A stretch of 64,000 bases of DNA, from the NCBI GenBank assembly GCA_965650135.1, contig CBFGNC010000015.1, positions 22,585 to 86,584 of the forward strand, in the 5' to 3' direction. Below, one piece after another: positions 9,696 through 20,700 of this stretch; positions within the stretch are counted from its first letter, which is position 1, and every line of letters starts with the position of its first letter. The notes beneath the pieces were generated by a model, which saw only the letters and a list, made by a program, of their open reading frames with translations, was not told where the DNA came from and ran no database searches. Source of the DNA: an uncultured Fluviicola sp. (GTDB lineage: Bacteria > Bacteroidota > Bacteroidia > Flavobacteriales_D > Crocinitomicaceae). A program made the position numbers and the translations under genes.

Positions 9696-9824
9696 GTGTT
9701 TTTTTTGTTCAGTGTTTTTTGTCTAGTCTCCACTTGTGGATCTATCGGCTTTGAGCTGATATGACGAAAGCGGTGCTTTTTTGATCCACCTCCGTGGATC
9801 TTTTATCGAAAGCAGTGCTTTCTC

Positions 9825-10868
9825 TTATTTTGACGAGATGATAGACTTTTCATTCAGGTAAGGTCCACCGGAAACGACTACATAATTGTATCCTTCCAAA
9901 CCTTCCCCGATTTCCACTTCATTCTGGTTCAGGTTTTCAATCTTCACCGGAACTTTCTTCACTGTTTTTCGATCATTCGAAACAAAAACAAACCCATCGT
10001 TTGCATTTCCGTCCAGTAAAGCCTCGTAAGGAATCTTCCAGTTCTCGGAAGTTTCGGAAAGTGAAATCTTTGCTTTTCCAAAAACACCGCTTGCCAGGCC
10101 TTCCGGTAATTTCCCCTGGATCTCCAGTTCTACCGTAAATGTCCCGCTGAATGGATCGATACTTTCGGATTTGCGGGAAACTTTGGCTTTCAGATTTCTA
10201 TTCTTGAAAACATCCGCCTGGATTTCTGCCGGATCACCTATATGAATCTGACTCCACTGGCGATCACTTACCCCTACTTTCAATTTGAATGAACTTGACC
10301 CTGCGCCGTTTGTTTGGAAAACAGGTGTTCCGCTGCTCACCAACTGTCCTTGATTGGCCATTTTACGCAAAATAAACCCATCCGATACAGCCCTGATTTC
10401 AGCATATTTTAAATTGAACAAAGCCGATTGCACTTGTTCCTCAGCCACATCGACCGCTGTTTGTGCATTTTGTAACTGTTCCAAAGTAGCAAAGCCTTCT
10501 TTCTGCAAATTTTTCGCACGCTCCAGGTCGCGTTTGGATTTTTCCAATCCCAGTTTAGCCTGACTTACTGTTGCGCGAACCAAGGTCAGATCCAAAGTTG
10601 CCAATAATTGTCCTTTGCGGACTTTATCGCCTTCTTTGACGTACAATTTCTGAATGATTCCTCCCGATAGAAAAGACAAATAGGTCTCGTCATCAGTGGT
10701 GAATTGCCCGGAAACATGAATCTCTTCATTTGAATTCATTGCTTTCAGGGATTCCAATTTTACGGGAATCACTTCCACTTTAGGAATTTCATTTGTGATC
10801 TTTTCCTTCGAGCTGCAAGAAGCAACCAGGAAGGAAAGAAAAAGTGCCGGTATTACTAATTTTTTCAT
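9825..10868 (-). CDS. RND efflux periplasmic adaptor (MFP/HlyD family)
   Basis: 347 aa with a lipoprotein signal (LVASCSS), a coiled-coil hairpin and beta-barrel segments. It sits directly upstream of the RND pump. Confidence 0.85.
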   Translation of the reverse strand: MKKLVIPALFLSFLVASCSSKEKITNEIPKVEVIPVKLESLKAMNSNEEIHVSGQFTTDDETYLSFLSGGIIQKLYVKEGDKVRKGQLLATLDLTLVRATVSQAKLGLEKSKRDLERAKNLQKEGFATLEQLQNAQTAVDVAEEQVQSALFNLKYAEIRAVSDGFILRKMANQGQLVSSGTPVFQTNGAGSSSFKLKVGVSDRQWSQIHIGDPAEIQADVFKNRNLKAKVSRKSESIDPFSGTFTVELEIQGKLPEGLASGVFGKAKISLSETSENWKIPYEALLDGNANDGFVFVSNDRKTVKKVPVKIENLNQNEVEIGEGLEGYNYVVVSGGPYLNEKSIISSK

Positions 10869-10879
10869 AATCGAATAGT

Positions 10880-12238
10880 TTATTGATTGAATTTCAATGG
10901 ATATGTTGCTGCTGCCCGCTCAAGTTCTGCTAACGAACTCAAGTAATTCTGATATTGGATAAGGACAAACAATTCCGCGTTGGTCACCTGATTGGAGGCA
11001 TCAATGAATTCCAACTGACTAGTTAATCCTTCTCTATTTGCGCCTGAAACCAGGGCAAAATATTCTTTGGAGGCTTCTAATTGAACTTTAGCTGTCTCCC
11101 AGTTTTCCTGCGCATTCAATACGTTACGCAGAGCTTGTGTGCGCTGCAGCTCCAATTGCTGTGAAACCTGGTCCAGTTGCAGCTTCGCATTCTCTACTTC
11201 GTATTTCGTTTGTTTGATCTGTTGTTGATTGCGGGATCCGTTGTAGATCGGAATGGAAGCCGAAACACCAAACATATAATAAGCCGATTTCCTGCTCACT
11301 TCCCAATTCGTACCTTGAGAGCCTAAATCCAAAAAGGCATTGATCTTCGGAACCCAATAATTTTTATTCATCTTCAAAACGGATTCCTGCACTTCAATGG
11401 ATTGGTTGATCAGCCGGATTTCTTCCCGTTCCTCTTTCGCTTCCAGACCCGGGTTGTTATCCGAGGTTTCTTCCAATACAATTTCTGCATCCAGTGGCCT
11501 GTTGATCAGGAAATTGAAATAAGCCTGTGCATTTTTCAACTGGTTTTTTGCAGTTGAAATAGATGTATTCATCTTCATCAATTCCGTTTGAGCTTTCAAG
11601 AGATTCACTTTCAATCCTTTTCCTTGCTTGATCAGCGCTTCATTCAGTTCCACATTTTGAACCAACACCTTTTTATTCGCCTCATAAACAGAAACAGATT
11701 TCGAAGCCATAATAACATTGTAGTAAGCCACTTTGATGTTCTTCACCAATTCGCGTGCATACACTTGCATATCCAGGCTGCTCAACTCCACCTTCTGTTG
11801 CTGAATCCGCTTATTTCCATAGATATCCATATTCAACAATGGAACCGAAGTCCGGATATAGGTATCGTAGAAATTGTTCGGTAAAAAGTTGATCTGTTGA
11901 TTCTGGATCTGTGGAAAAGCATTCGTTCCCGTCATCTGGTTCAAGGTTGAATAAACCGGATTCAACATATCTCCTACCGGAAGTTCCGAATAGCGGCCTC
12001 CTTCTGCAGTGGTGTAGGAAGCATTGAAATTGACGGATGGCAGGAAATTGCTTTTTGCCGTATTCAAGGTCAGAAGTGCCTTTTCCAATTGGATTGAGCG
12101 CTGTTTTAGAACCAAATTTGAATCCAGTCCCTGCCGGATATATTTCTCAAGTGATCCCTGCGACCAGGCGGAAGTATGCAGGAACATACTTGCTGAAATC
12201 GCGACCAGAAGGGTTATTTTTCGCTTCATAGTAATCAT
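10880..12238 (-). CDS. TolC-family outer membrane efflux protein
   Basis: 452 aa with a signal peptide and a duplicated coiled-coil/beta architecture. It is first in the pump operon after TetR. Confidence 0.85.
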   Translation of the reverse strand: MITMKRKITLLVAISASMFLHTSAWSQGSLEKYIRQGLDSNLVLKQRSIQLEKALLTLNTAKSNFLPSVNFNASYTTAEGGRYSELPVGDMLNPVYSTLNQMTGTNAFPQIQNQQINFLPNNFYDTYIRTSVPLLNMDIYGNKRIQQQKVELSSLDMQVYARELVKNIKVAYYNVIMASKSVSVYEANKKVLVQNVELNEALIKQGKGLKVNLLKAQTELMKMNTSISTAKNQLKNAQAYFNFLINRPLDAEIVLEETSDNNPGLEAKEEREEIRLINQSIEVQESVLKMNKNYWVPKINAFLDLGSQGTNWEVSRKSAYYMFGVSASIPIYNGSRNQQQIKQTKYEVENAKLQLDQVSQQLELQRTQALRNVLNAQENWETAKVQLEASKEYFALVSGANREGLTSQLEFIDASNQVTNAELFVLIQYQNYLSSLAELERAAATYPLKFNQ

Positions 12239-12278
12239 TGTTATTTAACTAAACAGTGTTAAGTAATTATTAAAAAAA

Positions 12279-12917
12279 TTATTTCCCGAAAGAATCCATC
12301 ATACGGATGAATTCTTCAAATCCCAGTTCGATGATCTTTTCACCTTTTTCAGGATCCAAAACCTTGCAACGGCCACGGTCGTATAAGTTACACATCCCAT
12401 GCATGGTGGACCAGACAACATATGCTCCTGTTTCCGCATCGCCAAAAGTCAGATAACCTTCATCCATACATTGTTGGATGGTTGCTTTGAGACCATCAAA
12501 TGCAGAAGAACCTTCCTTCCACATCTCATCATCCTCAAGCTTACTCAATGGCGATTTTTGTACGAACATCAAATCGTAGTAGTCCGGATGGTCCGATGCA
12601 AACTGAAGATAGATGCGTCCCATTGCTTTCAAACGTTCATAAGGATTCTCGACCGAGTAAAGCACCTCCAATTTGCTTCCCAGTAATTGAAACCCTTCCG
12701 AATGAAGCGCAAAAAGGATTGCGTCCTTATCCTTGTAATACAAATAAATAGTTGTGGGACTGTATTCGATTCGTTGGGCGATGGAACGAATGGAAGTCTG
12801 GTCAAAGCCTTTTTCCAAAAAGACCTCACGAGCAGCTGTGAGGATGCTTTTTTGCAACACTTCTTTTTCCCGTTCTTTACGTTCGTTAATTCCCATTTTA
12901 AATATTGAATGGTACAA
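12279..12917 (-). CDS. TetR/AcrR family transcriptional regulator
   Basis: N-terminal HTH (FLEKGFDQTSIRSIAQRIEYSPTTIYLYYKDKDAI). The true start may be the internal MGINERKE at 12896. Confidence 0.85.
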   Translation of the reverse strand: MYHSIFKMGINERKEREKEVLQKSILTAAREVFLEKGFDQTSIRSIAQRIEYSPTTIYLYYKDKDAILFALHSEGFQLLGSKLEVLYSVENPYERLKAMGRIYLQFASDHPDYYDLMFVQKSPLSKLEDDEMWKEGSSAFDGLKATIQQCMDEGYLTFGDAETGAYVVWSTMHGMCNLYDRGRCKVLDPEKGEKIIELGFEEFIRMMDSFGK

Positions 12918-13042
12918 ATATACTTAACACTGTTAAGTTTCCAAATTTTATTTCGAAAAAATGAAAGAAAAAGTTAAAAGGTTTTTTAAACGCAAAGAGC
13001 GGAAGAGCTTAAAGAAGGTTCTAACACTGCGTTCTTAGTGCC

Positions 13043-14125
13043 TTAGCGGTTAAAATTAAAAGGGATACTTAATAAGAGAATTAATCGATCTATTTCCTCT
13101 GTGGTATTGAACGCATGGATACAAATGCGCAGGCGTTGAGAACCCGCAGGAACCGTTGGCGGTAAAATGGCTTTCACTGCAAATCCCGCTTCTTGTAATT
13201 GCTGTGCTTTCGACTTGCATTCTTCCAAATCCGCGAATTCGATAATTTGTATCGGGGAATGCGCAGAACTTAATGTGGATTGAATCTTACCGGAAAAACG
13301 AGCGATATTTACCCGCAATTGTTCCCTCAAACTTTCCTCCTTACTTTGTTCAACTTGGTACAACATATGCTGAACCATTGCTTCCGGAAGTGCGGTCGTA
13401 TAAATAAACGAACGGGCAAAATTGATCAGGAATTCCCTCACCTCATCCGAACAACAAACAACTGCCCCATGAGCGCCGTAAGCTTTACCGAATGTGAACA
13501 AGCGAATGAAAACAGAATCTGCAATTCCGAATTCTTCGCACAATCCTCTTCCCTCTTTTCCGAAAATACCTCCTGAATGCGCTTCATCGACAACCAATAA
13601 GGCTCCATAATCCTTGCAAACCTGATTTATCTCAAGCAATGGTGCAATATCCCCGTCCATACTGTAAAGCGATTCTATAGCTACAAACAGGGTTCCTTGT
13701 GCTTTTTCCAGTTTCTTCCTCAGATCGGAAACATCGTTGTGCCTGAAGGAAAAAGAATTGGCAAAACTCAACCGGATTCCATCACGCACCGAGGCATGGA
13801 CGAACTCATCGTAAATAATCGTATCTCCTTTTTGGGGAAGAGACGAGAACAAGCCCAGGTTTGCATCGTAACCCGAATTGAAGATCAACGCGGATTCAGA
13901 TTCAAAATGTGCGGCAATTTGTCTTTCAACATCTTCCACCACTTTTGAATTTCCTGAAATCAATCGAGAACCGGTGCTCCCGGTTAGCTCAACAGACCGG
14001 GTAATTCGTGCCAAGCCCAAATAGTCATTCGACCAAAAATCGATGGGATTATCAAATGACAAAAGGGAGCGCAAGCTCCCTTTCTCTTTTCTATCTTGTA
14101 AATTGCGTTGAAATTTCAAAGCCAA
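13043..14125 (-). CDS. bioF: 8-amino-7-oxononanoate synthase (class I/II aminotransferase)
   Basis: 360 aa with a PLP-lysine context FTFGKAYGAHG. It lies immediately downstream of bioB. Confidence 0.8.
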   Translation of the reverse strand: MALKFQRNLQDRKEKGSLRSLLSFDNPIDFWSNDYLGLARITRSVELTGSTGSRLISGNSKVVEDVERQIAAHFESESALIFNSGYDANLGLFSSLPQKGDTIIYDEFVHASVRDGIRLSFANSFSFRHNDVSDLRKKLEKAQGTLFVAIESLYSMDGDIAPLLEINQVCKDYGALLVVDEAHSGGIFGKEGRGLCEEFGIADSVFIRLFTFGKAYGAHGAVVCCSDEVREFLINFARSFIYTTALPEAMVQHMLYQVEQSKEESLREQLRVNIARFSGKIQSTLSSAHSPIQIIEFADLEECKSKAQQLQEAGFAVKAILPPTVPAGSQRLRICIHAFNTTEEIDRLILLLSIPFNFNR

Positions 14126-14128
14126 TTT

Positions 14129-15223
14129 TTAGGAAACAGTCACTTTTCGTGGTTCAAATCCGGCAGATGCGGTCTTAGCTTCAGCCAATTCTTTTGCACG
14201 TTGAGCCTCTTTCTCTTTTCTTGCCTCAATGATCGGGTCCGGTTTGGAAATCGGTTGTTCACCGTCAGCAAATGCTTCTTTTCCAACTAAACCAAGAATC
14301 CGGAACATTTCTTTGTCTTCATTGAACTCCGGATTCGGAGTCGTCAACAGTTTATCTCCGGCAAAGATCGATCCCGCCCCAGCCATGAAACACAAAGCCT
14401 GACCTTCCATAGTCATTTTGGTTCTTCCTGCCGACAAACGGACCACCGATTCCGGGAATGCAATACGCGTGGTTGCAACCATACGGATCATTTCCCATTG
14501 TTCAATCGGTTTTTGGTCTTCCAAAGGCGTTCCTTCCACTGCAACTAAAGCATTGATCGGAATTGAATTCGGAGGTGTGTCCATTTCCATATAGCTCATC
14601 AATAAGCCTACACGGTCTTCGATTGCTTCTCCCATTCCGATGATTCCGCCGGAACAAACTGTAATTCCAGCCTTACGTGCATTGTCAATCGTGTTCAAAC
14701 GGTCTTCGTATTCACGTGTTGAAATCACGTCTCCATAAAATTCTTTGGAAGAATCCAGGTTGTGATTGTAAGCAAACAAACCGGCATTTTTCAATCGGTG
14801 TGCCTGATTTTCATTCATCATTCCAAGCGTTGCGCACACTTCCATTCCAAGCTCGTTTACCGCAGCAACCATTTCGATCACATTGTCAAAATCCTTGTTA
14901 TCCCGAACTTCTCTCCAGGCTGCTCCCATACACAAACGGGAAGAACCATTTGCCTGTGCATTTTTTGCCTGTTCGATAACAGAATCAACCGTCATCAATT
15001 TGTGAGCTTCTACATCCGTATGGTAACGTGCTGCCTGCGGACAATATCCGCAATCTTCCGGGCAACCACCTGTTTTGATACTCAACAAGGAAGACATCTG
15101 AACTTCTCTCGGGTTATGAAATTGACGATGTACTGTCGCCGCTTCGAAAACCAATTCCAACAACGGTTTGTTGTACAATTCCAATAAACTTTCTTTCGTA
15201 TTATATGCTGGGTTTACTTTCAT
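14129..15223 (-). CDS. bioB: biotin synthase
   Basis: Radical-SAM motif CPEDCGYCPQ plus a biotin-synthase-like C-terminal half. Confidence 0.9.
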   Translation of the reverse strand: MKVNPAYNTKESLLELYNKPLLELVFEAATVHRQFHNPREVQMSSLLSIKTGGCPEDCGYCPQAARYHTDVEAHKLMTVDSVIEQAKNAQANGSSRLCMGAAWREVRDNKDFDNVIEMVAAVNELGMEVCATLGMMNENQAHRLKNAGLFAYNHNLDSSKEFYGDVISTREYEDRLNTIDNARKAGITVCSGGIIGMGEAIEDRVGLLMSYMEMDTPPNSIPINALVAVEGTPLEDQKPIEQWEMIRMVATTRIAFPESVVRLSAGRTKMTMEGQALCFMAGAGSIFAGDKLLTTPNPEFNEDKEMFRILGLVGKEAFADGEQPISKPDPIIEARKEKEAQRAKELAEAKTASAGFEPRKVTVS

Positions 15224-15331
15224 CTGTAATTCTTATGGCAACAAATATACGAAGTCTACCGAAGGTGGCGATTACTTGTGTTTTGAAATTATGAACATGG
15301 AATCAATTATCTTTATACGCTCAAACATTCA

Positions 15332-15832
15332 TTGATGATCCAATTTCAAACAAACCTCAGAAAGTACGGAGCATCCGACAGGAATGCCTGCATGGAAATT
15401 TTCCAAACGAATGTCCCGAAGTATTTCACCTTGGAAGAAGTGAATGAGTTTGATCGCTTTTTAGCCAAACTGGGAGATTCGGAAGTTCCGGATAATCCAA
15501 TGTATTATGTGATGGAACTGGACGACAGAATCATCGGTTGTGGTGGATTCGGTGAAAAGGAAGGAATCGATGGAATTCTTTCCATCACGTTCGTTTGGGG
15601 AATGGTGGACAGAGCTTATCACAAGAAAGGGTTCGGCGAGGAACTTTTACGATTTCGTCTTGCGGAAATCAAAGCACAATTCCCGAATTGGAAAGTGATT
15701 TTGGATACCACCCAATTTTCATACACATTCTTTGAAAAGTACGGATTCAGAACCCTGAAAATAACGGAGAATTCTTACGGTGAAGGAATGCATCGGTATG
15801 ATATGATTCTTGAAGAAAGTTCAAAAAGTTGA
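15332..15832 (+). CDS. GNAT family N-acetyltransferase
   Basis: 166 aa with an acetyl-CoA-binding-like segment YHKKGFGEELLRFRL. Confidence 0.6.
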   Translation: MMIQFQTNLRKYGASDRNACMEIFQTNVPKYFTLEEVNEFDRFLAKLGDSEVPDNPMYYVMELDDRIIGCGGFGEKEGIDGILSITFVWGMVDRAYHKKGFGEELLRFRLAEIKAQFPNWKVILDTTQFSYTFFEKYGFRTLKITENSYGEGMHRYDMILEESSKS

Positions 15833-15877
15833 AATGGTTCAAAGAAGTTCAATTAAACAGTGAGTAGTTTAATACAA

Positions 15878-15916
15878 AACATTTGAACATTTGAACATTT
15901 GAACATTTGAACATTT
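15878..15916. repeat. tandem octamer (aacatttg) x4 plus a 7-nt partial copy
   Basis: Four perfect head-to-tail copies lie between the convergent stops of the GNAT gene and ispF. The last unit abuts the ispF stop codon. Confidence 0.95.
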
Positions 15917-16396
15917 TTAGTTCTTCGAAACCAAACAGACTGCATACGCTTTCACTGCTTCTCCCGCTCCGAATGAATCCACTTTTTCGTGAGTGGTCGC
16001 CTTGATTGAAACGCGGTCCGTATCAACTTCCAGCAATCCTGCTAAAATGGTCTGCATTTCGGGAATATGCGGATTGACTTTCGGTTTTTCCAAGATTACG
16101 GTTGCGTCGATATTAACCACTGAATAGTTCTTTTCCCTGATCAGGTCCATCACATTCTTCAATAGGATTTTGGAATCGATTCCTTTGTATTGCGGATCCG
16201 TATCTGAAAAGTGAAATCCGATATCCCGCAGGTTTAAAGCACCGAGTAATGCATCGCAAATAGCATGAATCAACACATCTGCGTCCGAATGGCCAACGGC
16301 ACCAAATGAAGAAGGGAGCTTTAACCCTCCCAACCAAAATTCTCGTCCTTCTTCCAAACGGTGGACATCCACTCCGAAACCGATCCGAATATCCAT
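15917..16396 (-). CDS. ispF: 2-C-methyl-D-erythritol 2,4-cyclodiphosphate synthase
   Basis: 159 aa with the motifs GFGVDVHRL and GHSDADVLIHAICDALLGA. Confidence 0.9.
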   Translation of the reverse strand: MDIRIGFGVDVHRLEEGREFWLGGLKLPSSFGAVGHSDADVLIHAICDALLGALNLRDIGFHFSDTDPQYKGIDSKILLKNVMDLIREKNYSVVNIDATVILEKPKVNPHIPEMQTILAGLLEVDTDRVSIKATTHEKVDSFGAGEAVKAYAVCLVSKN

Positions 16397-16400
16397 TAAT

Positions 16401-17669
16401 CTATTCAGGTTTGGCCTTGTCGTCGTTCACTTTATCACCCAATGTGAAGCGAAGCGTGAAACGCATTGTATTTGCCAATGGATTATTTCTTTTCAATGCT
16501 GCTAAGTAAGAGAAGTCGAAACAAAAGATGTTGTATTTGAATCCAACTCCCATAGTAAAGAACTGGCGACCTCCTTTAGAGATGTTTTCGTAGAAATAAC
16601 CTCCACGAACAGCAAAAATATCATTGTACCAATATTCCAATCCGGAACCGACCATGATCTCACGCATTTCTTCTCCGAATTTAGATCCTTTTTTCACTTT
16701 GTAAGTTCCATCTCCATTATCGATCGGATTTCCATTCGCATCTTTTTCAACTCTTCCAGGAGCATCATAAAACGATTGGATCATCCCGGCGATTACACCT
16801 ACGTCATTGCTTTTTCCGGAAATCAGCGTGTTTTCTCCATTGATAGTTGCATAAACCGGTGGACTTGGAACCAAAAGTTTGGAAACATCCACACTTACTG
16901 TCAAGCTGTTGTATTTGTCAATTTTTGCGGTATAGGCATTTCCGATTTTCAACGCTGTCGGAAGGAAGTCCCTTCTTGCATTTGCAGAATAAGCCACCTT
17001 GTTACCAACGTTTGTAATGGTAACACCCAATGAGTAAATACCATTCACTTTAAACCAATTGATATCTTCCGTACGATAAGCATAAGAGATATCTGCAATA
17101 CCTGCAATCGCTGCCTTCGTTTCAGTTCCGGCAGTAACCAAACCACCTGTCAGGTTGGAATAAGCAAATTTTCCATTAATCCCGATACTGTGTTTCTCTG
17201 CTAACTTAAATGCATAAGCCAGTGTCAATTCAAATTCATTCGGTTTGAACTCACGGATGTAATTCCCTGCATTGTCAGTGAATGTGATTTCTCCCAAACT
17301 GAAATAACGCAGGGCTCCACCGATGACATGTCTTTCACCTACACGGGCATAACCTGAAAGGTACGAAAGATGCATATCATTTGTCAGTTGTCTCAACCAA
17401 GGCGTGTAACTGACTCCGATTTCCGATTTGGACTTGGAGAAATTCAACATCGCCGTATTCCAGATAATCGAAGAGGAATTCGGGCTTAAAGCCGTCCCTG
17501 CATCACCCATCGCCCCGGAACGGGAATCAGGATTGATCCCAAGAAAAGGCAATGCCGTAGTGATGGTATTCAACTGGATATCATTTTGTGTAACCCCTTG
17601 TCCACCCGGTTGAGCGAATGAAAGATAACTAACAAAAAGAGTGAAAATCAATATTTTATGTGATAACAT
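16401..17669 (-). CDS. porV: type IX secretion system outer-membrane shuttle protein PorV
   Basis: 422-aa beta-barrel protein with a signal peptide, directly downstream of the porU-like gene. This is the same porU-porV pairing I recall from Flavobacterium and Porphyromonas. Confidence 0.7.
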   Translation of the reverse strand: MLSHKILIFTLFVSYLSFAQPGGQGVTQNDIQLNTITTALPFLGINPDSRSGAMGDAGTALSPNSSSIIWNTAMLNFSKSKSEIGVSYTPWLRQLTNDMHLSYLSGYARVGERHVIGGALRYFSLGEITFTDNAGNYIREFKPNEFELTLAYAFKLAEKHSIGINGKFAYSNLTGGLVTAGTETKAAIAGIADISYAYRTEDINWFKVNGIYSLGVTITNVGNKVAYSANARRDFLPTALKIGNAYTAKIDKYNSLTVSVDVSKLLVPSPPVYATINGENTLISGKSNDVGVIAGMIQSFYDAPGRVEKDANGNPIDNGDGTYKVKKGSKFGEEMREIMVGSGLEYWYNDIFAVRGGYFYENISKGGRQFFTMGVGFKYNIFCFDFSYLAALKRNNPLANTMRFTLRFTLGDKVNDDKAKPE

Positions 17670-17729
17670 GAATCTATTTCAGTTTTAATTGTGACAAAAA
17701 TACGCAAAACTAGGACTTTTATTGTGCAA

Positions 17730-20700
17730 CTATCTTAAAAGAACTAATTTTTCCATCTTTTGAGCTTTTTTACCATCCGGCATCGTAACTTTTAGTTGGT
17801 AAACATAAACTCCTTTAGCTAATTGGTCTCCGAAATCATCTTTCCCATCCCAGGAAATCCCTTCTACTCTGAATCCACTTGTAGGAACCAATTGGTTGAT
17901 TGTTTTCACCAATCGACCTGAAACCGTATAAATATTGATTTGAGTCTCCAAAGATGCACAGGATTGGTTGTGTTCATACATGAACATGGTATGCGTTGTA
18001 AAAGGATTCGGATAGTTCAAAACATGATCCAATTGAACTTCCTGGTTTTCAGTCACTGTAAACTCCAAACGGATGGTACTTGAATTATTGTTCACATCCC
18101 ACATTTTCACGTCCAAAGTATGCGGACCAACCGCTACATTGCGAAGCGTATACTGGAGCTTCCCGTTTTGATAGCTATCCAGGTTCGATTTGTAGTACTC
18201 GTTCAAGACGATCGGGTTCCCCGTATTCCCGTCCAGAACTGCAGTAATATCGTGCCCGATCCCATTTCCGACAGTGTTGATCCCATTCTCATCGTGCGCC
18301 TCAACCACCAATAAAGGATTGGAACTGGCGATACTTCCGTTCACAAAGGAATCATCATTCAAATAGATTTTCAATTCCGGGCCGACATTATCTACCGGAG
18401 GATTCGGATTGATCCCTCCTACGACAAAGGTGCTATCCCAACCATCGCCATCTACCACTTTATTATCCGCGTAATAACTGATCTTTCCTCTTCCATAGTT
18501 AAAATCGATATCCTTAGGAACTACGAACTCAAATTTAAAATCCCCGTTCGTAACCGTTGCACGTCCTTTATATAGGGCATTTTTTTGCGTTTTAAATGAA
18601 ATGATCGGTGAATCCTGGTCATTTCCCAACGTTTGAACTGTTTTTGGCTTATCGAAAATTGTCGGAGACAATACTCCATTGAAAGTGGTCAATTTATTTC
18701 CTGAATTGTCTTCCAAATGTCCCACGATATGCATTTTTGTAAGTGCCCGAACCGTATCTGCTCCGTTTGATATCGCTATGTGATTGATTGAATCGGTAAC
18801 AATCTTCCATTTAGGCAGGCAAATTTTCAGCGCAGGATCCCCGATCAGGTTGAAACATCTCCTGTTATCTGAAGAACCTGAAGAATTTTTCGTTCTTCTC
18901 ATGATTTCTCCGAAAGGAAGTGGATCAAAATTCGCATCCCGTTCTATGACATGAGTAAACAAACTTGCCACCACCTGCGTATTGATCGAAATATAAACCG
19001 ATCGCGTAGTTGTCATCAATGCGATGGACCCACCTTTCGGATTCAATGAGATCAACTCTCCGATCGACTCCCTTGAAGGATCATCAAACTTGGTAAACTC
19101 ACAAGTTGCAGTAACAAACAATCCCAATCGATTCAAATTTGTCCAGGCGTTTACCTGTGGAATAGTAATAATCCGCTCTTCAGCTGCTCCGACCTCACCA
19201 CCGTGACCAATGTAATTTGTAATCAGGCTGCCTCTTTCAACACGATCCGTTATAGCACTCAAAACCTCCGGATAACGATGGCCCCCGGTTGTAGATACCT
19301 GCGTATATGCATCGGAATAAATTTTCTCGCAATTCATTTCGTTTGCCGAACTCTGAACCTGGGTAAAAGCAGGTTCTGCGTCAGCAGTTATGAATGTTCC
19401 ACCTTGCTCATCATCCGTAATATTGGTGTAAACCTGTCTCCAATCTCCGAACATATTTGCAGTTTCCCCGATACAGCAACTGTTCGGATCATTTGAAACA
19501 ATAGGTGAATTAATCCCATTCTTCAGATAGTGTTCGATTTTATCAACCTGTGTCTGGGCATGGGTTGCATTTGACACCAATAAACGGCCGACACCTATAT
19601 CCATCAAATCCAATCCGCTGATGGATTCGTTATTATCCAACAATCCAAAATAATCGTCCGTCACCAAAGCGGAAATGTGATTTTCGGAATTCAGGTATTC
19701 ATAAGTCGGAATCATATAATTATTTCCAGCTACGCGATTTTTGGGATCATAAGTTGCATCGCCGAACAAACACAGGTATTTGGGTTGCAATGAAGCATTT
19801 CCACCTGCCCGTTCGTAAAACATCTTCACAAATCGTCTGATTGCAGTTGCATCCTGGTTTCCGGAAGAAAACTCATTATAGACCTGTTCAATATCCACCA
19901 CTACAGTTGACAATCCGTTTGCCTGGTGCAAGTTCCCCAAACGAACCGCCTGATTCAGGAATTGTTTCGGGCTAACGATAATATAATCGTATTGTCCTAA
20001 AGCGTGTAAATCCTGGTTATCGACTTGTTTGACAAAATTCGGTTGCCCAAAACCGGTTTCATTAAAGACCACAAATTCCCTTAGAGTATCCGTACTCTGT
20101 TTAAATGAAAAGATTCCTCCCGTTAAAGTCCCTTCAATCAATCGAGGATTTGTTTTCGAACTCACATCCCAGACGTGATTGGTCGCTGTCATCCCCGAAA
20201 CCGTAAACAAACTTACATTTCCAATTCCAACAGAATTCACGTCCCTGAAGAGCATGGAATTTCCATAAAACACCAAACTTCTTCTTCCAACAATCTGGAT
20301 GAAATCCAAATACGCCTTCACCGAAGCATTTACCCTATTCAAGGTATAAACAAGTTCAATGGATGCTGTTACAGGACTAAAAGAAAAAGCACTCGTATTC
20401 CGGATGTAATCGCCACTGGTTGAGCTCAAAGGCAAATTATCTACCTGGCTTCCATTGTAAGTCACCTGAAAGCTATTCCCAGCGGTATTCGCATTCGTTG
20501 CAACTGCATAATCAATTTGGACGGCAGTACTCTGATCCACATTCGGAATAGCAAATTTGAAAGATTGTGTCAGAGTTGCATCAAACGGTTCACCATACCA
20601 GACCTGGCCTCCCTGCACCAAATTCACCAATTCATTTTCATGAATATCGTAATACGTATAGGAATTAACCGTTTGTGTTGAGGGTAAAGGCGATTCAGAG

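Noticed and set aside
15878-15916. Tandem repeat considered as a possible CRISPR array
   Set aside because: The units are 8 bp, directly abutting, with no spacers. No cas genes are present in the window.
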